Shown in pieces: positions 57,359 to 64,000 of a DNA stretch of 64,000 nt. The stretch spans positions 2,296 to 66,295 of the IMG/VR virus record IMGVR_UViG_3300033070_001537, one strand, 5' to 3'. The notes beneath the pieces were generated by a model. That model saw nothing but the letters and a program-made list of their open reading frames with translations. It did no database searches and was not told the origin of the DNA. The number at the start of each line of letters is the position of its first letter. The stretch's first letter is position 1. A program made the translations under genes and the position numbers. This DNA is from a virus. Its lineage: Duplodnaviria > Caudoviricetes.

Positions 57359-59080
57359 ATGCCTGCGCTTCGAGACGCGACAACAACAAACGCCGTCGCC
57401 GCATCAGCCACGGGTCTGACGGGGCTGGACAACGCAGGCACGAATTTTTCGTGGGGTGCCTGGTTGCGGATTGATCCGCCGTTGATGTCGGGCGGCCAAT
57501 CGTCGATTTGGGTGCATGCCAACGACGCGTGGTCACCTCGACACGGCATTGCCATTTTTGCGTTGGGGACGGGGGAACTGCGCATACGGCCGCAAACGTC
57601 AACCAACAACCTGGTGTCATCGCCCAACGGGTTGGTCACGCGGCAATACAATCATTTCGGTATCCGCAAAAATGCCACGGCCGTGACGTTTTTTCGGAAC
57701 GGCCGCGCGGTGGCGCAGGCAGCCACGACGCTGTCGCCAACTGTGAGCGGCACACGGCAAACGCAAATTGGCGGCCCCACGTATGGCGGCACCCAGGCGT
57801 TGCACGGCGTCGATGTGTGGGATATTCGCGTGTTTCCGCTCTTGGCGTTGACCGATGGCGAGATGCGGGCGTTGGCGGATCCTCGCTCGCAGATCGGCGG
57901 ATGTAAACAACGACTGGTCTATCAACACAATTGGCGCGTGGCCGGAACCGGCGCGCAGACGTTGCTCGATGAATCGGGCAACGGCAATAGCCTGACAACG
58001 TCGGGACTGAACGATGCGCGAACGTCCGTCATTGACGAACCTGATTGGTACGGCATTCTTCGCGGACGCACCGTATTCGGATACGTTGGGTCCTCGGCGC
58101 AAATCTTTTCCATCGGCGTCGCGATCGCCAATGCGCTGGCGCAAGACGCGGCTGCTACCGCGGGAGCGCTGAACGTCGCTGTGGGCAACGCGACCGCTGC
58201 CGCCGCAGCCCATGCCGTTGCCGCGGTAGCGGGGACGCTCGCTGTCGCGGTAGGGAACGCTACGGCATCGGCCAATGCCAACAACGTGGCCGTGGCGGCG
58301 GGAGCGCTGAACGTCGCCGCCAGCGTCGCGATAGCGACCGCCGCAGCACAGAGCGTGGCAGCAGCCGCAGGAGCGCTGGCGGTGCCTGTCGGGAACGCTA
58401 CGGCATCGGCCAATGCCAACAACGTGGCCGCGGCGGCGGGAGCGCTGAACGTCGCCGCCAGCGTCGCGATAGCGACCGCCAACGGGCAAGATGTCACCGT
58501 GTCGTTCTCGGGCGTCACTCTCGCCGGCGTCGCGACGGCCACAGCGGTCGGGCAGAACGTCAACGCAGCAGCCGGCGCCTTGGCGGTGCCGGTAGGCGTC
58601 GCAACCGCGACCGCGACACCTCGCGATGTTGTGGCGACTGCCGGCGCCTTGGCGGTGCCGGTAGGCGTCGCAACCGCTGCCGCCGCCGGACAGAACGTGA
58701 CAGCGACCGCCGGTGCCTTGGCGGTGACGCTGCTCACCGCGACCGCTGCCGCCGCTGCCCAGTCGGTGCTTGTGACGGCCGGCGCGCTTACGATCCCCGC
58801 CGGTGTCGGCGTGGCGACCGCGGTGCCGAGCCCGGTGTCGGTGACGGTCAGCGGCGTCTCCGTCGCGCTCGGCGTTGCGGTCGCGTCCGCCTACGCACAG
58901 GTTCCGCTCGTCATCTACGGCTCAACGGCAGCCACGATCATCGCGGTGCAGGACGTCTTGGATCGCTCGCCGTCGGTCGCGGTGTTTGATCGCAGTCCGA
59001 CCGCCGTGGTGGTGCTGCGGAGCGGTGCTGCCGTAGTCCAAGACCGCTCGCCTTCCTTCGCTATCATCGAGGTCACCTGA
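57359..59080 (+). CDS. LamG/ConA-like domain plus Ala/Val-rich repeat protein (putative receptor-binding/fibre)
   Basis: FSWGAWLR...YNHFGI...FFRNG...DIRVFP..LTDGEM..LDESGNGN, then about 23-aa A(G)ALxVxVxxATA repeats. Confidence 0.7.
   Translation: MPALRDATTTNAVAASATGLTGLDNAGTNFSWGAWLRIDPPLMSGGQSSIWVHANDAWSPRHGIAIFALGTGELRIRPQTSTNNLVSSPNGLVTRQYNHFGIRKNATAVTFFRNGRAVAQAATTLSPTVSGTRQTQIGGPTYGGTQALHGVDVWDIRVFPLLALTDGEMRALADPRSQIGGCKQRLVYQHNWRVAGTGAQTLLDESGNGNSLTTSGLNDARTSVIDEPDWYGILRGRTVFGYVGSSAQIFSIGVAIANALAQDAAATAGALNVAVGNATAAAAAHAVAAVAGTLAVAVGNATASANANNVAVAAGALNVAASVAIATAAAQSVAAAAGALAVPVGNATASANANNVAAAAGALNVAASVAIATANGQDVTVSFSGVTLAGVATATAVGQNVNAAAGALAVPVGVATATATPRDVVATAGALAVPVGVATAAAAGQNVTATAGALAVTLLTATAAAAAQSVLVTAGALTIPAGVGVATAVPSPVSVTVSGVSVALGVAVASAYAQVPLVIYGSTAATIIAVQDVLDRSPSVAVFDRSPTAVVVLRSGAAVVQDRSPSFAIIEVT
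58253..58480 (+). repeat. intragenic 138-bp-period direct repeat
   Basis: GGGAACGCTACGGCATCGGCCAATGCCAACAACGTGGCC...GCGATAGCGACCGCC at 58253 and 58391, nearly identical. Confidence 0.85.
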
Positions 59081-59082
59081 AC

Positions 59083-59436
59083 ATGGCTACTCCGCAGCTG
59101 AGTCCCCTGAACGACCTCGCGTTCCTCGTCACGCTGAAGGTCATGGGTCCGACCGGAGCGATGATTCCGTTGGACACGGGGTCAGCCTCGTGTTTCCTTG
59201 CCACGAGTGCTGCCGCCACGGCGACCGCGGCCGATCCGTCGTTGGTCGGGACCATCACGTACACGGGCGCGGGCGGCAAGTGGACGGTGTCGTTCGACGC
59301 GGCTATCCTCACGCCGTCGCTCCTGGCGACGCATTTCGCCGCGGCCACGCCCTACGTCATCATCCAGGTCGCCAACGGCATCCGACGCGCCGTGGCGTGT
59401 CAGTACAGTGACTCTTACGAGGCGGAGGTATCGTGA
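59083..59436 (+). CDS. hypothetical virion-associated protein
   Basis: ORF in the late operon; beta-rich. Confidence 0.6.
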   Translation: MATPQLSPLNDLAFLVTLKVMGPTGAMIPLDTGSASCFLATSAAATATAADPSLVGTITYTGAGGKWTVSFDAAILTPSLLATHFAAATPYVIIQVANGIRRAVACQYSDSYEAEVS

Positions 59437-59789
59437 AGCGGTTCATCGAACTCACCGGCTTAGGGAACGGCAAAGGCGAGATCTCGTTCAACAAGTGTGT
59501 CACCGTGGCGGCGATGGCGGTGTTTGGGTACGCCGTGCACCAGATCATCGTGCTGTTGCGCATCGTGCCGCCGTGGTACGTCTGGAGCTTCGGCTTCGGC
59601 GCCTTGGGCGCGGGCTTTGGACTCAAGGGCTACCTCGGCGCCGCCGCGCGTCGACACGAGAGCGTGGCGCAGAACGACTCCACGGCGCTCACGGGCAATC
59701 TCGCCGAGATGATCAAGGCCGTGAAGGCGCGCAACGCGGACGAGGGCTTCCAGCCCAGCGGCCAGGTGCCGACGGTGTTCCATGATTGA
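59433..59789 (+). CDS. putative holin
   Basis: Two hydrophobic segments and a charged C-terminus; overlaps the endolysin start. Confidence 0.55.
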   Translation: MKRFIELTGLGNGKGEISFNKCVTVAAMAVFGYAVHQIIVLLRIVPPWYVWSFGFGALGAGFGLKGYLGAAARRHESVAQNDSTALTGNLAEMIKAVKARNADEGFQPSGQVPTVFHD

Positions 59790-60270
59790 CGCCGCCTACA
59801 TCCTTCAAATCGCCCGCCTGTTCCTCTTCGTCCGCGAGGTCAAAGGGAACTTCGGACGGTGGGTCGAGGCGATGCAACGGGTCGGCGGCACGGTCAAAGG
59901 CCAGCCGTGGTGCGCCTGCGCGGTGATGACGGTGCTCGGCATCGTGTACCGCGGCAAGCCGCCGTTGCCCTACACGGCGGGCTGCGACGAACTCTTGCGT
60001 GCCGGGCGGAAGCTCGGTATCGTACGCACCGACCCCGCGCCTGGCGACGTCTTCCTGTTGATGGCGAGTGAGCACGATGCGACGCATACCGGATTCGTAA
60101 CTGACGTGACTGACACGCATTTCGGCACGTTGGAAGGCAACTCGAGCGACCCGACGCAGCCGCCCACGCGCGAAGGCTGGGGGTTCTTTGAGCGCCCTGT
60201 CGATTCTCCCCGCGCGAGGAAGCGTGGGCCGCAGTATCTATTCCTCCGCGTCCTTGACGCTGCGACGTGA
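59782..60270 (+). CDS. CHAP/NlpC-P60-type endolysin
   Basis: QPWCACAV, PAPGDVF, HTGFV, TLEGNS. Confidence 0.85.
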   Translation: MIDAAYILQIARLFLFVREVKGNFGRWVEAMQRVGGTVKGQPWCACAVMTVLGIVYRGKPPLPYTAGCDELLRAGRKLGIVRTDPAPGDVFLLMASEHDATHTGFVTDVTDTHFGTLEGNSSDPTQPPTREGWGFFERPVDSPRARKRGPQYLFLRVLDAAT

Positions 60271-60869
60271 CGGCTCTCGCGATTCCTCGCCCGGTTTCAG
60301 CGCCGCCGCTGCCTCACGATACTGCGATCCTCCTGCGTCTCCATGTCATCGCCAAGACTATTCTCGCCAGTCGCCACGAAGGGCCGTGTCAGGTCGAAGA
60401 CCTCGTGGCGGCAGGCTGGCTCGGATTTCGTGATGCGTGGGAACGCGGAGTCGCCGCGAATGCGAAGTACCTGAAGACCTTCGCCTTCCGCCGTGCGGAG
60501 GGCGCGATGCTGGACGAGATCCGCCGATGGAACGGCGTGCCGTGGTATCCCGTACAGCATCCGGTCCACCTGGATCAGTTGGAAGACGGCGACTGGGAGA
60601 CGCTGAGCGTCGACGGCCCTGACACGGATGTGCTGCCGTTCGTCATGCCGCCAGCCTTGAGAGACCGACTGGACGAGGCCCTCCGCACGCTGACGCGCCG
60701 TGAGCGCGAGGCGGTGCAATATTCGTTCTTCGAAGACCTGCCCATGATCGATGTGTCGGAGAAGATGGGCATTTCGATCAGCGTCGCTTACCTGTATCGT
60801 TGGGCGGCGGTGCAGAAGCTGCGGAAGTATTTCACAGCAGAACCCGTGGACGAGCAAGAAAAAGGTTGA
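60267..60869 (+). CDS. sigma70-family (FliA/WhiG-like) sigma factor
   Basis: EDLVAAGWLG..TFAFRRAEGAMLDEIRR (region 2); LTRREREAVQYSFFEDLPMIDVSEKMGIS (region 4). Confidence 0.85.
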   Translation: MTALAIPRPVSAPPLPHDTAILLRLHVIAKTILASRHEGPCQVEDLVAAGWLGFRDAWERGVAANAKYLKTFAFRRAEGAMLDEIRRWNGVPWYPVQHPVHLDQLEDGDWETLSVDGPDTDVLPFVMPPALRDRLDEALRTLTRREREAVQYSFFEDLPMIDVSEKMGISISVAYLYRWAAVQKLRKYFTAEPVDEQEKG

Positions 60870-60894
60870 CCGACTGAAAAACACCTATTAGACT
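60866..60894 (+). promoter_or_regulatory. sigma70-like early promoter
   Basis: TTGACC-N17-TAGACT. Confidence 0.75.
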
Positions 60895-60946
60895 GTTGTA
60901 CAGCAGTTCAACGAAGTGTTTCGCTCACCCAACGACGGAGTTTCTC

Positions 60947-61201
60947 ATGCCCAAGCCGCTTACCGCCGCCCAGTATCTCCAAGCCAAGCGCCAAAACCGC
61001 GCACAGTACCGCGCAGACATGGCGTCACTGTATGCGGAAATGGACCGCAAGCTCGCCGTCCATCAGCAGACCGTCGAACGCTGCCCGTGCGGAAACGGGC
61101 GCGAAGCGGATCAGTTCTCGGGTCTGTGCATCAGCTGCGAGTTCACCGTCGGATTCGAAGGCGTCCAGCAGCGTATCGCCGCGCGCAAGGCGGGCAAATG
61201 A
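60947..61201 (+). CDS. small early protein with CxC...CxxC motif
   Basis: RCPCGNG...GLCISC; first gene after the promoter. Confidence 0.65.
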   Translation: MPKPLTAAQYLQAKRQNRAQYRADMASLYAEMDRKLAVHQQTVERCPCGNGREADQFSGLCISCEFTVGFEGVQQRIAARKAGK

Positions 61202-61425
61202 CCGCCGCCCAATTGCGCGCCGCCACGCTTCCGCAGCTGGAAGCCCGGAAGGCCGAGCTGCTCGCCATCCGTCAGTTCTCCTCGCACGCGGAGCGCGATA
61301 AGGCGCGTCGCGAGCTCCGCGCGGTCGAAGACCGCATCGCCGAAGAGCAGCCGCACGACCCGCTCCATGCGGCGATGGGCGATCTCGCGTTCCACCTGCG
61401 GATGCTGCGGAGGTACGGACGATGA
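61198..61425 (+). CDS. small hypothetical protein
   Basis: ATGA coupling. Confidence 0.6.
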   Translation: MTAAQLRAATLPQLEARKAELLAIRQFSSHAERDKARRELRAVEDRIAEEQPHDPLHAAMGDLAFHLRMLRRYGR

Positions 61426-61688
61426 CCCGCGCTACACGGCAGGTGCGCGACAAGGAGGGGTATATCATCTCCAAGCCTACCGTCCGCACCGTAGTGACGA
61501 TGGACGGCTTCATGATTGCCGAACTCAACGACCACACCTTGACCCTCCGCCCCGTCGGGCGGAAGCGCGGCGGGCCGACCGAGGTCACTATCTCGTGGGG
61601 CAAGCTGTACATCCGCGCCATGATGGACAAGGTCGACGCGGAGAAGGCGGCGAAGCGCAAGGCGCGGAAGGAGGCGCGGCGGAAATGA
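61422..61688 (+). CDS. small hypothetical protein
   Basis: ATGA coupling. Confidence 0.6.
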   Translation: MTRATRQVRDKEGYIISKPTVRTVVTMDGFMIAELNDHTLTLRPVGRKRGGPTEVTISWGKLYIRAMMDKVDAEKAAKRKARKEARRK

Positions 61689-62002
61689 AGCTCTCCCCCG
61701 TGCTGCGGAATACGCCCCTGGGCGTCCGGATCCTCGTTCGCGGCGTCATTGTTGACTCCGCGAACGACGCCCTCGAAGCCTGTCAGCGAGTCCATGAGAT
61801 CTTGCGGTCCGAGCCCGCGACCGGAAGCTGGGTCGGGGCGCGCATCTACGCCGTCGACCCGTACGACCTTGACGACACCACCCGCGGCGAGCTGCTCGGC
61901 CAGTGGCTGCTCATCAAGAACGGCGACATCATCGCGCTCGACAATCGGGCGCGCGAGCTTGAACGGTACATCCGCGCCACCCCCGGAGGAACGCTCCCGT
62001 GA
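61685..62002 (+). CDS. hypothetical protein
   Basis: ATGA coupling. Confidence 0.6.
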   Translation: MKLSPVLRNTPLGVRILVRGVIVDSANDALEACQRVHEILRSEPATGSWVGARIYAVDPYDLDDTTRGELLGQWLLIKNGDIIALDNRARELERYIRATPGGTLP

Positions 62003-62364
62003 ACGTGAAAGACCTCTCTCGCATGCCCCAATGGGTGCAGCAACATATCGCGGACCTGGAGGAGCAGGTCCGCACGCTCAAGACCGCGGCGGGCGAGCGG
62101 GCGGTGTCGACCGCGTCGCCCCTGTCCGTCAAGCCGCCCGTGGGCGGCATGTTCTACCTCCCGCCGCGCTCCACGGTGCATTTCGACCTCCGACCCGACA
62201 TGGACGTCGCAGATCCGTTCAACGAGCACCAGCTGCGGGCGAGCCTCGCGTCGACGCGCGAAGCCGGCATCCTCGTCCCGCGGCTCTCCGTGTACGGCAT
62301 TCGCAACATCGTGATTCTGCCGCAGTCGCCCAACAACATCCTCCTGGAGTTCACCGCCAAATGA
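61999..62364 (+). CDS. hypothetical protein
   Basis: GTGA coupling; LSRMPQWVQQHIADLE. Confidence 0.6.
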   Translation: MNVKDLSRMPQWVQQHIADLEEQVRTLKTAAGERAVSTASPLSVKPPVGGMFYLPPRSTVHFDLRPDMDVADPFNEHQLRASLASTREAGILVPRLSVYGIRNIVILPQSPNNILLEFTAK

Positions 62365-62711
62365 CCCGCCCGGCACCGAAAAACCTGCCCGACACTCCGC
62401 TCTACCTCGTGTACCGGTACGAGATGAAGCACCTGTTCACCTATGAGGTGTACAAGACCGGCAAGAACCACCTGTGGGTGCGCGCCGTGCACGGGCCCGA
62501 GACCGCTGAGCTCCGCAAGCGGTACTTCATTGCCGACGTTGCGCCGTTCGAGTACGTCGAGACCGCCAACTTCCACACAAGCAAGGAAGCGGCGTTCGAC
62601 GCTGAAGCTGAGCGTCTCCGTGCCGCCGCTGACCGACTGGGCGAGATCTACCTGGACGCGACGCGTCGTCTCGACAAGTTCATGGCGAGCCGCGCAGAGG
62701 TGCTCGGATGA
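62361..62711 (+). CDS. hypothetical protein
   Basis: ATGA coupling. Confidence 0.6.
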   Translation: MTRPAPKNLPDTPLYLVYRYEMKHLFTYEVYKTGKNHLWVRAVHGPETAELRKRYFIADVAPFEYVETANFHTSKEAAFDAEAERLRAAADRLGEIYLDATRRLDKFMASRAEVLG

Positions 62712-63358
62712 CCGCGTCCCCGTACAAAGAGACTTCGCTCATCAATGCACGCTCCATGGAGGACCGGAAGGACAGTCAGCGGTCTAAGGTGTATGCGGCG
62801 GAGCGGGCGGCGTTCGGATATCGCCGGTTCTACCACGGCGGCAAGACCAAGGCAGAGATCCTCGACTACCTGCAGATGTTGCTCGACACCAAGTGGCTGC
62901 GGAAGCGGTGGCCCAACGCGCCCACTGTCGTACAAGAGACGATGGATCAGTCGACGGCATACGCCCGCAAGCGGTCGCCTATCAAAGGCGCCGACAAGGT
63001 CCTCAAGGTCGCCTGGCGGCGCGGATCAGGCGCGTCGGCGAGTCCGGGGAGGAGCCTCATTACTTTCGGCGCGTCGGGTGACTGCCTGAGCTACGAAATC
63101 ACGGTCCACGAGCTCGCCCACATCCTGGCGCCGATCCATGCCAAGCACAACCGCATCTTCTGCAAGGTCTACGTGATGCTGGCGGAACGGTTCTTTGGAA
63201 TCGACGACGCGCGGGCGCTCCGCCGCGAGTTCGTCAAGCGAGGCGTGAAGCATACGCTGCCCAAGACCCTGTCGACGGAGGCCAAGGCCAAGGCCAAAGT
63301 GCGTGGAGAGGCGCTTCAGCGGTTGCGCAACAAAAAAGACGGCGGTACATTCATCTAA
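62708..63358 (+). CDS. HExxH metallohydrolase (Rv0185/TIGR04338-like)
   Basis: DSQRSKVYAAE N-terminal motif; TVHELAHIL...H. Confidence 0.7.
   Translation: MTASPYKETSLINARSMEDRKDSQRSKVYAAERAAFGYRRFYHGGKTKAEILDYLQMLLDTKWLRKRWPNAPTVVQETMDQSTAYARKRSPIKGADKVLKVAWRRGSGASASPGRSLITFGASGDCLSYEITVHELAHILAPIHAKHNRIFCKVYVMLAERFFGIDDARALRREFVKRGVKHTLPKTLSTEAKAKAKVRGEALQRLRNKKDGGTFI
63323..63351 (+). promoter_or_regulatory. sigma70-like promoter
   Basis: TTGCGC-N17-TACATT followed by repeated CAACGA motifs. Confidence 0.55.
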
Positions 63359-63407
63359 TGTAGTTCAACGACGCGCACAACGACCCCAACGACAGGACCA
63401 TCTCTCC

Positions 63408-64000
63408 ATGTTCACGCCCAGCCCGCAGCAAGCCACCATCTTCCATGCCATCGAGCATGGGTCCGGCAACATCATGATCATCGCCGTCGCGGGGTCGGGA
63501 AAGACGACCACGCTCATCGAAGGCATGAAGAGGATGAAGGGGTCCGTGGTGCTGGCGGCATACAACAAGAAGATCGCCGATGAGATCCAGGAGCGGGTCA
63601 AGGGCATGGACGGCGTCAAAGCCTCCACGTTCCACAGCCTGGGTTTTTCGGCCTGGCGTCGCGTTGCGCCCAAGCTCGGGCCCGTGGACGAGAAGAAGGT
63701 CGCCAACATCTGCGCCACGCGCAAGATGGACGAGCGGTTCGTCCCCGTGGTCAGCGAGCTCGTGTCGTTGGCGAAGCAGAACGGGATCGGCTTCCTTAAG
63801 CCGATCAGCGACGAGGGCGCGTGGTACGATCTCGTCAGCCACCACGACCTCGAAGAGAAGCTGCCCGAGGACACGGCGGAGGTGACGTTCACGATCGGAG
63901 AGCTCGTGCACGAGTCGCAGCGGGTCCTGGAGATCAGCATCGCGCAGAACGCCACGATCATCGACTTCGACGACATGATCTACGCCCCGCTCGTCGGCAA
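63408..64000 (+). CDS. second UvrD-like SF1 helicase (5' part, truncated by window end)
   Basis: PSPQQATIF...AVAGSGKTTTL...AYNKKIA...STFHSLG...IDFDDMIY; missed by the ORF track because it has no stop in the window. Confidence 0.88.
   Translation, partial: MFTPSPQQATIFHAIEHGSGNIMIIAVAGSGKTTTLIEGMKRMKGSVVLAAYNKKIADEIQERVKGMDGVKASTFHSLGFSAWRRVAPKLGPVDEKKVANICATRKMDERFVPVVSELVSLAKQNGIGFLKPISDEGAWYDLVSHHDLEEKLPEDTAEVTFTIGELVHESQRVLEISIAQNATIIDFDDMIYAPLVG

Noticed and set aside
1-64000. CRISPR array, tRNA/rRNA genes, reverse transcriptase/DGR, integrase, intron/intein
   Set aside because: No regularly spaced repeat-spacer units, cloverleaf-like genes, RT (YxDD), tyrosine/serine recombinase or intein motifs recognised by eye; PolA and TerL are of normal length

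Overview
The whole window is part of a high-GC tailed (siphovirus-like) dsDNA bacteriophage genome, coded almost entirely on the + strand and cut mid-gene at both ends. Order: SNF2 helicase, SSB-like gene, AEP-type primase and UvrD helicase (0.4-7.4 kb); small accessory genes; a complete 7-deazaguanine DNA-modification operon (folE, queD, GNAT, queC, Cys-cluster protein, queF, dpdA, beta-clamp-like, queE; 11.2-18.8 kb); an Acb2/Tad1-like gene and a family A DNA polymerase; unknown genes; a packaging/head module (terminase, portal, MuF, ParB-ART, XkdF-like protease, scaffold, capsid; 29.2-40 kb); a neck/tail module with a -1 frameshifted chaperone and a 1589-aa tape measure; split lysis genes and two sigma factors; and the start of a new early operon ending in a second UvrD-like helicase. 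The strongest candidates for undescribed biology are: (1) a GNAT and a CxxxCxxCC protein embedded in a preQ1-making (QueF + DpdA) operon, suggesting a further-modified (e.g. N-acetylated) 7-deazaguanine base in DNA; (2) a conserved peptide tag (hxK-QAR[KQ]PAG..GG[QE]F) repeated five times across four head-module proteins, each followed by unrelated cargo, including an ADP-ribosyltransferase; (3) two non-coding 300-400 bp palindromic elements with long inverted arms that bracket the 26-kb replication/modification block; (4) a paired CAACGA motif after nearly every sigma70-like promoter. Family assignments come from motif recognition by eye; no database searches were run.
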